A stretch of DNA of 64,000 bases from an uncultured Clostridia bacterium (GTDB lineage: Bacteria; Bacillota; Clostridia; Christensenellales; UBA1750). Made by a program: the position numbers and the translations under genes. Every line of letters starts with the position of its first letter. Position 1 is the stretch's first letter. The notes beneath the pieces are model-generated. The model worked only from the letters and a program-made list of their open reading frames with translations, ran no database searches and was not told where the DNA came from. Positions 1-8,795 of this stretch are shown here, one piece after another. Location: assembly GCA_944383925.1 (NCBI GenBank), contig CALWRM010000015.1, positions 57,229 to 121,228 on the forward strand. Direction: 5' to 3'.

Positions 1-969
1 CAGCTGATTTGGATCGGCGTGGGCACGGTGGCGCTGCTTCTGGTGCTGTTCCTGTTCGACTACAGGGTATACGGCGAGTTCGCGCTTCTGATCTACATCG
101 TGGCCAACCTGCTGCTGCTGGCCATGCTGCTCCTGCCCAAGGTGCGCGGCATATCGGCCTTCCTGCAGTGGGGCGAGGAGCGAACCTTCCAGCCGTCCGA
201 GCTGTGCAAGGTGGCCATCATCATCACCTTGGCCAAGCACGTGAGCCTTCGGGAGGAGAAGATCCGCACCCTCAAGGACTTCCTGCCCTACTTTCTCCAC
301 TTTGCCATCCCCTTTGCCATCGTCATCTTGCAGGACGACTACGGCAGCGCCCTGGTGTTCGCGGCCATCTTCATCGGCATGCTGTTCGTCGCGGGCATGA
401 GCTGGAAGCTGTTCGTGGGGCTCGGCCTGACGGGAGCCCTGGCCTGCGTGGGCATCTGGCCCTTCCTGGACGACTGGCGCCAGGCGCGCATCCTCAACTT
501 CCTCTATCCGGACAGCGACACCAGCAACACGGGCCTGCAGGTGTATTACTCCAAGATCGCCGTGGGCTCCGGCGAGCTGACCGGCCGCGGCCTGTTGCAG
601 GAGGGCAACATCAGCCAGCTGGATTTCGTGCCCGAAAAGCATACGGACTTTATCTTCGCCGTCACGGCCGAGTCCGTGGGCTTTCTTGGCTGCATGGTGA
701 TCCTGGCCCTCTACCTGACCCTGCTGCTGCGCCTGTTCTATGTGGCCTACAAGACCCAGGACCGCTTTGGCAGCTACATCGTGGCGGGCGTTGCGTCCAT
801 GCTGCTGTTCCATGTGCTGGAAAACATCGGAATGACCATCGGCCTGATGCCGGTGACCGGCATCCCGCTGCCCTTCCTCAGCTACGGGGGCAGCAACCTA
901 TTGGCCAACATGTGCGCCATGGGGCTGGTGTTCAACGTCATCAAAAACCAGCAGCGAAGCCTGTTCTAG
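1..969 (+). CDS. rodA: SEDS-family peptidoglycan glycosyltransferase (RodA/FtsW/SpoVE-like), 5' end off window
   Basis: Frame 1 is open from nt 1. The product is multi-TM and carries the C-terminal SEDS signature PVTGIPLPFLSYGGSNLLANM. It lies upstream of spoIVF-like genes, as in Firmicute mre/min/rodA regions. Confidence 0.85.
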   Translation, partial: QLIWIGVGTVALLLVLFLFDYRVYGEFALLIYIVANLLLLAMLLLPKVRGISAFLQWGEERTFQPSELCKVAIIITLAKHVSLREEKIRTLKDFLPYFLHFAIPFAIVILQDDYGSALVFAAIFIGMLFVAGMSWKLFVGLGLTGALACVGIWPFLDDWRQARILNFLYPDSDTSNTGLQVYYSKIAVGSGELTGRGLLQEGNISQLDFVPEKHTDFIFAVTAESVGFLGCMVILALYLTLLLRLFYVAYKTQDRFGSYIVAGVASMLLFHVLENIGMTIGLMPVTGIPLPFLSYGGSNLLANMCAMGLVFNVIKNQQRSLF

Positions 970-1039
970 CGTTGGGAAGCATTTTTTGCGCCGCCTCCCC
1001 ATACATGTGTAGAAGAACACGTGTAGGGGGAGGCGTTTT

Positions 1040-1798
1040 GTGATGGAGGAGAGGCGGTCCGACCTGCACCGGGTGAGCATGCAGGAGAAAAAGGCCAAGC
1101 TGGAGCGGGAAAAGGGAGCGCTGCGCCGCAACCACCGCTGGCGGGGAAGGAGGCTGCGCCGGGCGCTGCAAAAATACCGCGAAACCCTCGCCGGCGACGG
1201 AGCGCCCAGGCCGGCGCCCAGTGTTCGCTCCAGGTTGCTGGCCCAGAGCACGGCGGCCCTGTGCCTGTTGGCCCTGGCGCTGGGCCTGCGCGCCCTTCCC
1301 TTCGAGGGCGCGCAGCGGCTGACGAGCCGGCTGCGCGCCGTGGCCACCACGCAGCTGGATCTGGAGTCCGCCGGCCAGGCGCTGGTCCAGCTGGAATTCG
1401 TCAGCAGCCTGGTCCCGGAGAGCGTTCTGGTGTTTTGGAACAAAACGGCCGCCGCGCCCAGCCAAGTGGAGCTGCCCTTTACGGATGGCCGCCTGGCCCT
1501 GGAACAGGACGGCGGGGCATGGGTGGTGGGCACGGGGGTGGTGCATGCCGTCGCCGACGGCACGGTGCTGCGCGTAAGCCGCTCGGAGCTGGGCGGCTAT
1601 CAGGCGGTGGTGGAGCATAGCGGCGGGCTGACGAGCGTGTATGAACCCTTGGTGGGCGTGCGCGTGGCGCCGGGCGAGGCCCTGCGCCAGGGCCAGAGCT
1701 TCGCGGTTCCCGTGGAGGAAGAGGGCGTGAGCAAGGTCTTCTTCCGGCTGGAGCTGAACGAGGAGGCGGTGGACCTGGCCGATTACCTGGAGCCATGA
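1040..1798 (+). CDS. SpoIVFA-like membrane protein with degenerate LytM/M23 domain
   Basis: Basic N-terminus, one TM segment (AALCLLALALGL), and a C-terminal LytM-like fold (VHAVADGTVLRV...VEHSGGLTSVYEPL). The usual HLHFE metal site reads FFRLE. Its stop overlaps the ATG of the downstream M50 protease (ATGA). GGAGG lies 6-9 nt upstream; the start is GTG 1040 or ATG 1043. Confidence 0.6.
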   Translation: MMEERRSDLHRVSMQEKKAKLEREKGALRRNHRWRGRRLRRALQKYRETLAGDGAPRPAPSVRSRLLAQSTAALCLLALALGLRALPFEGAQRLTSRLRAVATTQLDLESAGQALVQLEFVSSLVPESVLVFWNKTAAAPSQVELPFTDGRLALEQDGGAWVVGTGVVHAVADGTVLRVSRSELGGYQAVVEHSGGLTSVYEPLVGVRVAPGEALRQGQSFAVPVEEEGVSKVFFRLELNEEAVDLADYLEP

Positions 1799-2673
1799 CG
1801 CTGTTCCAGATTCGGGGCGTCGCCATCAAGCTGCACCCCAGCATCTTGGCCCTGGCCGTCCTGTGCCTGCTGACGGGGGCGAGCGCCCGCCTGCCCGCCG
1901 CCCTGGGCTTGGTGCTCTGTCATGAGGCGGCCCATGGCCTGGCGGCCCGCCGCCTGGGCTTTCGGGTGTTGGAGATCGAGCTTGCGCCCTTCGGGGGCGT
2001 GGCGCGCATCGCGGGGCTGGAGGATCGGCCCGGCGCGGAGGCGCTGGTGGCCTTGGCGGGGCCGGCCGCAAACCTGCTGCTGGCCATGGCCGCCTGCCTG
2101 GCTTGCCAGCTATGGCCGATGCTTGCGGGGGACCTGGCGGGCTTCATCGCCCTCAACCTCTGTCTGTGCGGCTTCAACCTGTTGCCCGCCCTGCCCCTGG
2201 ACGGCGGCCGGCTGCTGCGGGCCGCCCTGCTCCCCTGGCTGGGGCGGAGCCGGGCGGGTTCGGTGGCCGCCGCGCTGGGCGTGACCCTGGGCGCCGCCCT
2301 GGCGGCCCTGGGGGTTGCGTTGTTTTGGCTGTCCGGCAGGGCGAATCTGACGCTGCTGGTCAGCGGGGCATACATCGCCCTATGCGCGCTGAAGACCCGG
2401 CGGGAACGCCCCTTTGAGGGCGCGCGGGAGCTCCTCCGCCTGGAGCGGGAAAGTCTGCGCGGCAGGGTGCTGCCCGTGCGCCTGCTGGCGGCCCCCGCCG
2501 GCACGAGCCCTGTGGAGCTGATGCGCCGGTTTCGGCCCGACAGGCTGCATCTGGTGGTGTTCGTGGACGAGGAGCTGCGCGCGGTGGGGAAGCGCTGGCA
2601 GGGGGAAATCGTGGCCGAGGCCCTGGGCCGCGATCGGGGGCCCCAGCGCGGGGAAGGGGACATTTCCATTTGA
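1795..2673 (+). CDS. spoIVFB: M50 site-2 metalloprotease, SpoIVFB-like
   Basis: HExxH (CHEAAHG) in a TM helix, an NLLPALPLDGG motif and a C-terminal CBS-like tail. Coupled to the LytM-like gene upstream. Position relative to rplU-prp-rpmA mirrors B. subtilis spoIVFA-spoIVFB-rplU. Confidence 0.75.
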   Translation: MTLFQIRGVAIKLHPSILALAVLCLLTGASARLPAALGLVLCHEAAHGLAARRLGFRVLEIELAPFGGVARIAGLEDRPGAEALVALAGPAANLLLAMAACLACQLWPMLAGDLAGFIALNLCLCGFNLLPALPLDGGRLLRAALLPWLGRSRAGSVAAALGVTLGAALAALGVALFWLSGRANLTLLVSGAYIALCALKTRRERPFEGARELLRLERESLRGRVLPVRLLAAPAGTSPVELMRRFRPDRLHLVVFVDEELRAVGKRWQGEIVAEALGRDRGPQRGEGDISI

Positions 2674-2756
2674 CGGAAAGGGTTTGGCCGTGGTACTCTA
2701 ACCATACTGGAGTATTGCGGCCTTTTGCCGTTTTAAGTGCAAAGGAAGTGTGTTTT

Positions 2757-4613
2757 TTGCTGTATGATCGCATTGCGCCCCTGCTGCCAAGGGTGCAAAA
2801 GCCGGCCCGCTACACGGGCGGCGAGGTGAACATGGTGGTCAAGGACCCCGCCAAGATGGACGTGCGCTTTGCCTTCTGCTTTGCGGATACCTACGAGGTG
2901 GGCATGAGCCATCTGGGCATGAAGATCCTCTACCACATCCTCAACAAGGAGGAGAAGGTCTACTGCGAGCGGGTGTTCGCCCCTTGGGTGGATATGGAGG
3001 CGCTCATGCGGGAAAACGGCATCCCCCTGTTTTCCCTGGAGACCTTTAGCCCCGTGCGGGAGTTCGACCTGGTGGGCTTTACCCTGCAATACGAGATGAG
3101 CTACACCAACGTGCTGAACATGTTGGAGCTGGCGGGCATCCCCAAGTTGGCGGCGGAGCGCGGCGAGGAAGAGCCCTTGGTGGTGGCCGGCGGCCCCTGC
3201 GCCTTCAATCCCGAACCCCTGTGCGACTTCATCGACCTGTTCATGGTGGGCGACGGCGAGGAGCAGATCCTGGACCTGGTGCGCCAATACGACGCCTTCC
3301 GCAAGCAGGGCGCCACCAAGGAGCAGTTTCTGCTGCACATGGCCGGCCGGCAGGGCTTCTACATCCCCAGGTTTTACCGGGATAGCTACGACGAGGCGGG
3401 CGGCTTCCTCGCCCTGACGCCCACGCGGCCGGAGGCGCCGGCCACCATCCTCAAGGCGTTCGTGCCGGACATGGACGCGGCGGATTATCCGGACCGCTTC
3501 ATCGTGCCCTTTACCGAGACCGTGTTTGACCGAGTGTCCCTGGAGATCGCCAGGGGCTGCACCAGGGGTTGCCGCTTTTGCCAGGCGGGCATGCTCTACC
3601 GCCCCCAAAGGGAGCGCTCCCTGGAGACCCTGAAGCGCCAGGCGGCCGCCCTGATCGCCTCCACGGGCTATGAGGAGATCTCCCTGTCCGCCCTGTCCAC
3701 CGGGGACTATTCCTGCCTGCCGGAGCTGGTGCGCGGCCTGATGGAGCAGCACAAGAAGGATCGGGTGTCCGTCTCCCTGCCCTCGCTGCGCATCGATTCG
3801 GTGTTGGGCGAAACCCTGGAGGAAACCCGCCAGGTGAAGAAGACCTCCCTCACCTTCGCGCCGGAGGCCGGCAGCCAGCGCCTGCGCGACGTGATCAACA
3901 AGGGCGTGCAGGAGGAGCAGCTGCTGGACAACGTTTCGGACGCCTTTGCAAAGGGCTGGAACGGCGTCAAGCTCTATTTCATGATCGGCCTGCCCACGGA
4001 GACGGAGGAGGACCTGCTGGGCATTCCGGCGCTGGCCAAAAAGGTGACGGAGCGCTATTTCGCCGTGCCCAAGGAGCAGCGCCAAAGGGGCCTTCGGGTG
4101 ACCTGTTCCGCGTCCTCCTTCGTGCCAAAGCCCTTCACCCCCTTTCAATGGGAGCCCCAGAACAGCCTGCAGCAGCTGATGGACAAGCAGCGCTTTTTGC
4201 GGGAGCATTTTCGCATCCGGGGCGTGGAGTTCAACTGGCATGAGCCCCACCTAAGCTTCCTGGAGGCGGCCTTCGCCCGGGGCGACCGCCGCCTGGGCAA
4301 GGTGCTGCTGCGCGCCCAGGAGCTTGGCTGCCGCTTCGACGGTTGGAACGATTGCTTCCGCTTTGATCTGTGGATGCAGGCCTTTGCGGATTGCGGGCTC
4401 AGCTGCGAGAGCTATGCCTATAAGCGCTTTGACCTGGACGCGCCCCTGCCCTGGGATCACATCGACTGCGGCGTGAGCAAGGCGTTCCTGCGCAGGGAAT
4501 GGGAGAAGGCCCAGCGGGCGGAGCTCTCGCCCGACTGCCGGCTGCATTGCCATGGCTGCGGCATCCAGGCCAAGTTTGGAAAGGGGGTGTGCCCCGTTGC
4601 GCATGCTCGCTGA
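2757..4613 (+). CDS. B12-binding-domain radical SAM protein (TIGR03960-like, uncharacterised)
   Basis: CxxxCxxC cluster motif in [17 protein letters not shown] and the N-terminal KPARYTGGE signature recalled for this family. The start is uncertain: TTG 2757 lies 8 nt after AAAGGAAG, while the ORF is open from 2670. Confidence 0.8.
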   Translation: MLYDRIAPLLPRVQKPARYTGGEVNMVVKDPAKMDVRFAFCFADTYEVGMSHLGMKILYHILNKEEKVYCERVFAPWVDMEALMRENGIPLFSLETFSPVREFDLVGFTLQYEMSYTNVLNMLELAGIPKLAAERGEEEPLVVAGGPCAFNPEPLCDFIDLFMVGDGEEQILDLVRQYDAFRKQGATKEQFLLHMAGRQGFYIPRFYRDSYDEAGGFLALTPTRPEAPATILKAFVPDMDAADYPDRFIVPFTETVFDRVSLEIARGCTRGCRFCQAGMLYRPQRERSLETLKRQAAALIASTGYEEISLSALSTGDYSCLPELVRGLMEQHKKDRVSVSLPSLRIDSVLGETLEETRQVKKTSLTFAPEAGSQRLRDVINKGVQEEQLLDNVSDAFAKGWNGVKLYFMIGLPTETEEDLLGIPALAKKVTERYFAVPKEQRQRGLRVTCSASSFVPKPFTPFQWEPQNSLQQLMDKQRFLREHFRIRGVEFNWHEPHLSFLEAAFARGDRRLGKVLLRAQELGCRFDGWNDCFRFDLWMQAFADCGLSCESYAYKRFDLDAPLPWDHIDCGVSKAFLRREWEKAQRAELSPDCRLHCHGCGIQAKFGKGVCPVAHAR

Positions 4614-5250
4614 GTTTCAAAAGACGGACCGCTGCATCTGGTTTTCCCACCTGGACCTGCAGCGGACCATGCAAAGGGCCCTGCGCAGGGCCCAGCTGCC
4701 CATCGCCTACAGCCAGGGCTTCAACCCGCACGCGGAGCTCTCCTTCGCCTCGGCCCTGCCGGTGGGGGTGAGCAGCCTGTGCGAGATCCTGGACGTGCGC
4801 CTGGATGGCGAGCTGGCCCCCGAGGCCTTTGTGCAGGCCATGAACGGCGTGCTGCCCCGCGGGCTTCGGATCTGCGCAGCCCGCCTGGTGGAGGACCGCT
4901 TCCCGGCCCCCATGGCGAAGATGGCCCAGGCGGGCTATGAGGCGCTGGCCTTCGGCGCGGACCTGCGCCAGGCCGCGCGGGATTTTCTGGCCAGCCAGCG
5001 CTTTGAGGTGGAGAAGCCATCCAAGGGCAAGGTCCGGCAGCTGGACATCCGCCCCATGGTGCAGGCGCTGGACGTGGAGCTGCAGGGAGAGGACAGCCGC
5101 CTGACCCTGTTGGTCACCTGCACCAACGCCGACAACCTCAAGCCCGAGCTGCTGCTGGAGGCCCTGTGCCCGGGCGGGCGCTTTCAGGTGACCCGCACCC
5201 GGCTGCTGGCCCAGGGAGGCGCGCCCCTGTTCGCCTGGACGGAGGCGTAG
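4603..5250 (+). CDS. DUF2344 / radical-SAM-linked protein (TIGR03936-like)
   Basis: [43 protein letters not shown] matches my recollection of the DUF2344 N-terminal signature. ATG 4603 lies 11 nt inside the 3' end of the radical SAM gene. Confidence 0.7.
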   Translation: MLAEFQKTDRCIWFSHLDLQRTMQRALRRAQLPIAYSQGFNPHAELSFASALPVGVSSLCEILDVRLDGELAPEAFVQAMNGVLPRGLRICAARLVEDRFPAPMAKMAQAGYEALAFGADLRQAARDFLASQRFEVEKPSKGKVRQLDIRPMVQALDVELQGEDSRLTLLVTCTNADNLKPELLLEALCPGGRFQVTRTRLLAQGGAPLFAWTEA

Positions 5251-5256
5251 GCGGCG

Positions 5257-6645
5257 ATGGAACGCAAACTGTTGGTGGAGGACGCCTTTGGGCTGCTGCG
5301 CGTGGCCCTGTTGGAGGACGGCCGGCTGGTGGAATGCCGCGTGGAGGAGGCCGGGGGCAAAAACCGCGCCGGAAGCATCTACAAGGGCCGGGTGAAGAAC
5401 ATCCTGCCCGGCATGCAGGCGGCCTTCGTGGACATCGGGGAGGAAAAAAACGCCTATCTTTCCCAGAAGGACCTGCTTCCCGGGGAGGACGCGCCCATCG
5501 GGCAGCGCATCAAGCCGGGGGACGAGCTGCTGGTGCAGGTGCTCAAGGAGAGCGACGGCAACAAGGGCGCCAAGCTGACCATGCGCTTGAGCCTGCCGGG
5601 CAGGCTGTTGGTGCTCAAGCCCTTTGAGCCCGGGCTCGGCGCCTCCAAGCGCATGGGGGACGAGCACAAGCGCGCCTCGCTCAAGCGGGCGCTGGCCGAG
5701 CGCTGCCCCAGCGGCATGGGCCTGGTGCTGCGCACGGCCGCCCAGTTCGAGGAGGAGTCGGCGCTGATGCGGGCCTTGGAGGAGGCGCTGGACGGCTGGG
5801 CGGCGCTCCAGCGGGCGGCGGCGTCGAAGAGCGCCCCCTGCCTGCTGCGGGCCGAGAGCGATCTGCTGGAGAAGGACCTGCGGGACCTGGCCAATGAAAG
5901 CCTTGTGGAGATCGTGGTCAGCGGGGAAGAGGCCTGCGCGCGGGCGCGGGAGATCCTGCGGGAATCATCGCCCCCTTGCCTGGAAAGGCTGCGCGCCTAC
6001 CGGGGAGAAACGCCCCTGTTCGATGCGTACAACCTGGAAAAGGAGCTCCAGGCGGCGCTAAAGCAGCGCGTGCCGCTTAAAAGCGGGGGCTTTCTGGTCA
6101 TCGAGACCACCGAGGCCCTAACCGTGGTGGACGTCAATTCCGGCGCCTACGTGGGCAGGCGGGGCTTGGCCCAAACGGCGCTGGAGGTGAACCTGGAAGC
6201 GGCGCAGGAGCTGGCCAGGCAGCTGCGCTTGCGGGACATCGGCGGGGCCGTGATCGTGGACTTCATCGACATGCAGGACCAGGGACACCGCCAAAGGCTG
6301 GTGGAGGCCCTGCAAGCGGCCTGCCGGGCGGACCGGACGCCCGTGATGGTCCACGGCATCACCCGGTTGGGATTGGTGGAGCTGACGAGGCGGAGGACCC
6401 GGCAGTCCCTGGCCTTCGACCTGACCCGCGCCTGCCCCCTGTGCGGGGGCGAGGGAAAGCTGCTCAAGGAGGAGCACCTGCTGCGCAGGGGACTGCGAGA
6501 GGCCCTGCGCAAGGGCTGCGGCCTGCGCGTGCGGCAGGACCTGTGGCCCCTGGCGAACGAGCTGGCCCGGGGCAGCGGGGTTGCGCTGCGCCGGGACGAG
6601 GGCTTGGCCAAGGCCTACGCGCTGGAAGCGGAGCCGGAAACCTGA
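5257..6645 (+). CDS. rng: Rne/Rng-family ribonuclease (RNase G-like)
   Basis: N-terminal S1 domain (GSIYKGRVKNILPGMQAAFVDIG), a DNase-I-like core (GGFLVIETTEALTVVDVNSG) and a CPxCxG zinc-link near the C-terminus. Confidence 0.85.
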   Translation: MERKLLVEDAFGLLRVALLEDGRLVECRVEEAGGKNRAGSIYKGRVKNILPGMQAAFVDIGEEKNAYLSQKDLLPGEDAPIGQRIKPGDELLVQVLKESDGNKGAKLTMRLSLPGRLLVLKPFEPGLGASKRMGDEHKRASLKRALAERCPSGMGLVLRTAAQFEEESALMRALEEALDGWAALQRAAASKSAPCLLRAESDLLEKDLRDLANESLVEIVVSGEEACARAREILRESSPPCLERLRAYRGETPLFDAYNLEKELQAALKQRVPLKSGGFLVIETTEALTVVDVNSGAYVGRRGLAQTALEVNLEAAQELARQLRLRDIGGAVIVDFIDMQDQGHRQRLVEALQAACRADRTPVMVHGITRLGLVELTRRRTRQSLAFDLTRACPLCGGEGKLLKEEHLLRRGLREALRKGCGLRVRQDLWPLANELARGSGVALRRDEGLAKAYALEAEPET

Positions 6646-6696
6646 TTTTTCCATGTTATGATCTTCGAAACAGGCGCAAAACGGCGCTAAAAGCCG

Positions 6697-6725
6697 TTGA
6701 CGCGCCGGGCCCGAGGAGGTATACT
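6697..6725 (+). promoter_or_regulatory. Sigma-A-type promoter for rplU operon
   Basis: TTGACG (6697-6702), 17-nt spacer, TATACT (6720-6725). Confidence 0.65.
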
Positions 6726-6731
6726 AGTAAG

Positions 6732-6815
6732 GCCGCGCGAGCAGGGTCTACAAGTCGCGCCCGTCAAGGCGCGCACCCGGATCGGCGAGATTGGGTAGAG
6801 GAGGTGCTACCAGAC
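6732..6815 (+). ncRNA. Candidate ribosomal-protein L21 leader (5' UTR structure)
   Basis: About 85 nt of transcribed leader between the promoter and rplU. It contains hairpins GCGCGA...TCGCGC and GGTAG-aggaggtg-CTACC; the second places the SD in its loop. Firmicutes are known to carry an L21 leader motif at this position. I did not align it to a covariance model. Confidence 0.4.
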
Positions 6816-7121
6816 ATGTTTGCGATCATTCAGACCGGTGGAAAGCAGTTCCGCGTGCAGAACGGCGACGTGATCTTCGTGGAGAAGCTCAACGCGGCCG
6901 AGGGCGATGTGGTGGACTTCGAGGTTCTTCTGTATGAGAAGGATGGCGAGGTCAAGATCGGCGCTCCCACGCTGGAAGACGTCAAGGTGCAGGGCAAGGT
7001 CCTGCAGCAGGGCCGCGGCCAGAAGATTCTTGTGTTCAACTACAAGGCCAAGAAGAACATCCGCCGCCGCAAGGGCCATCGCCAGCCGTTCACCAAGGTG
7101 GAAATCACGGCCATCGGCTAA
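6816..7121 (+). CDS. rplU: 50S ribosomal protein L21
   Basis: MFAIIQTGGKQFRVQNGDVIFVEKL...KKNIRRRKGHRQPFTKVEI is a classic L21 sequence. AGGAGG RBS upstream. Confidence 0.97.
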   Translation: MFAIIQTGGKQFRVQNGDVIFVEKLNAAEGDVVDFEVLLYEKDGEVKIGAPTLEDVKVQGKVLQQGRGQKILVFNYKAKKNIRRRKGHRQPFTKVEITAIG

Positions 7122-7124
7122 GCC

Positions 7125-7457
7125 ATGACCAGGGTTGAGGCGTTTTTTGCGGACGAAAAGCTGCTGGGCCTTCGCATCAAGGGCCACACGGGCTTTGCGC
7201 CGCAGGGCGAGGATTTGGTGTGCGCGGCCGTCTCGGCCATCGCGCAGACCGCGATATTGGGATTACGGGCTTTCGCGCCCGATGCGGACATCCTACAGGA
7301 TGAGGAACGGGCCTTGATCGACATCGGCCTTTCCCGGGAGAAGAGCGACCGCGCGCAGGCGATCCTGCAAACGGCGTTGCTCGGCCTGGAGGATCTTGCG
7401 GCGGGAATGCCCCAATACGTACAGGTACTCCACAAGAAACGGAGGTGGAAAGCATGA
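7125..7457 (+). CDS. prp: Ribosomal-processing cysteine protease Prp
   Basis: [21 protein letters not shown] motif, about 110 aa, located between rplU and rpmA. Confidence 0.9.
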   Translation: MTRVEAFFADEKLLGLRIKGHTGFAPQGEDLVCAAVSAIAQTAILGLRAFAPDADILQDEERALIDIGLSREKSDRAQAILQTALLGLEDLAAGMPQYVQVLHKKRRWKA

Positions 7458-7744
7458 TGAATCTGCAATTCTTCGCGCACAAAAAAGGAATGGGTTCCAC
7501 CAAGAACGGCCGCGATAGCGAATCGAAGCGCCTTGGCCCCAAGCGGGCGGACGGACAATTCGTTTTGGCCGGCAACATCCTGGTGCGCCAGCGCGGCACG
7601 AAGATCCATCCCGGCATCAACGTTGGGATTGGCAAGGACGACACCCTGTTCGCCTTGGAGAGCGGCATCGTTCGCTTTGAGCGTAAGGGCCGCGCCGACA
7701 AGCAGGTGAGCGTGTATCCCAAGGAAGCGCTGACCGCGGACTAA
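7454..7744 (+). CDS. rpmA: 50S ribosomal protein L27 (with N-terminal propeptide)
   Basis: [28 protein letters not shown]... GGAGG lies 8 nt upstream of ATG 7454, and the ATG overlaps the prp stop (ATGA). The ORF track's alternative start is GTG 7445. Confidence 0.95.
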   Translation: MMNLQFFAHKKGMGSTKNGRDSESKRLGPKRADGQFVLAGNILVRQRGTKIHPGINVGIGKDDTLFALESGIVRFERKGRADKQVSVYPKEALTAD

Positions 7745-7757
7745 GAAACAACCGATC

Positions 7758-7800
7758 AAAAAGCGCATGGCAAGCCGAAACGGCAGCCAGGCGCTTTTTT
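7758..7800 (+). terminator. Rho-independent terminator after rpmA
   Basis: AAAAAGCGCatggc...gccagGCGCTTTTTT: a hairpin followed by a T-run. Confidence 0.7.
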
Positions 7801-7868
7801 CTTGGCCATCGCCGGCCTCGCTTGCCGGGCCGGCGGGCGGACGCGAACGGCGCGGGAGGGGAGAAGCC

Positions 7869-8714
7869 ATGGAAGAGCGGCGCTTTGCGGCGAACATCGA
7901 TTTGGAACAGCTGTTTGACAGCGGACAGGCCTTCCTGTGGGAGAGGGAAGGGGAGGGCTTTGTCTGCCGCCATCTGCGCGGCGGCGTTCGGGCGCGCAGC
8001 GTGGCCGGCGGCTTTGCGCTGAGCCCCTGCGGCCAGGCGGACGTGGCCTTCTGGCGCGAGTACTTCGACCTGGACAGCGATTACGGCGCTCTGCTGGCCC
8101 CCGTGCTGGACGCCCCCCTGGCGGCGGCCATGGCCGCCTGCCCGGGGCTGCGGCTGTTGCGCCAGGACTTTTTTGAGACCCTCTGCGCCTTCATCAGCTC
8201 GGCGCACAACGCCATGCCCCGCATCCGCCGCATCCTGCGCGGCCTTGCCTCGCTGGGCGATCCCCCCGCCTTCCCCACGCCCCGGCAGGTGGCGCAGGCC
8301 GGCGTGGAGGGCCTGCGCGCGCTGGGCCTGGGCTACCGCGCCGCCTATCTGCATGCCAGCGCCTGCATGGTGGCCGACGGGCTGGATGCCAGCGCCTTTA
8401 GCGCTCTGGACTATGAGGCGGCGCTGCGCCTGATGCTGCGCTTTCCCGGGGTGGGGGAAAAGGTGGCGGATTGCGTGCTGCTCTTTTCCCTGGGCTACCG
8501 GCAGGCGTTCCCGGTAGACGTTTGGATGCTGCGGGCCATGGAGCGCTTGTATGGCCTTTCCGGCAAACCCGGCCAGGTCAAGCGCCAGGCCATGGAGCGC
8601 TTCGGCCCCAACGCCGGAATCGCGCAGATGTATCTGTTCCACGCCTACCGGAAGGGCTTGCTGCGGCCGGAAACCCTCGCCTTGGGCCCCCGCGCCCGGC
8701 AGACCCTCGCTTGA
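7869..8714 (+). CDS. ogg: HhH-GPD DNA glycosylase, 8-oxoguanine glycosylase-like
   Basis: FPGVGEKVADCVLLFSLGYRQAFPVDVW helix-hairpin-helix/GPD signature. ATG 7869 follows GGGAGGGG; the ORF is open from 7767. Confidence 0.75.
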   Translation: MEERRFAANIDLEQLFDSGQAFLWEREGEGFVCRHLRGGVRARSVAGGFALSPCGQADVAFWREYFDLDSDYGALLAPVLDAPLAAAMAACPGLRLLRQDFFETLCAFISSAHNAMPRIRRILRGLASLGDPPAFPTPRQVAQAGVEGLRALGLGYRAAYLHASACMVADGLDASAFSALDYEAALRLMLRFPGVGEKVADCVLLFSLGYRQAFPVDVWMLRAMERLYGLSGKPGQVKRQAMERFGPNAGIAQMYLFHAYRKGLLRPETLALGPRARQTLA

Positions 8715-8740
8715 CAGCCGGGATCGGGACAAAGTACAAT
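8711..8740 (+). promoter_or_regulatory. Putative promoter for SDR gene
   Basis: TTGACA (8711-8716), 18-nt spacer, TACAAT (8735-8740). It overlaps the ogg stop. Confidence 0.5.
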
Positions 8741-8795
8741 GCAGATAAGTAAAACTACGCGGGCGTTAAGCGCGCCCGACAGGAGGGTTGATCGG

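Noticed and set aside
2733-4250. 505-codon ORF antisense to the radical SAM gene. There are similar long antisense or alternative-frame ORFs at 12186-13829(-), 18041-19705(+), 28265-29596(+), 32940-35084(-), 35410-36906(-), 58006-59514(-), 62255-63670(-) and 14473-15600(+).
   Set aside because: Their products are low-complexity and rich in Ala/Gly/Arg/Pro/His/Gln, with no motifs. Each lies exactly opposite or alongside a gene with clear family signatures. Stop-codon depletion in high-GC DNA generates such ORFs.
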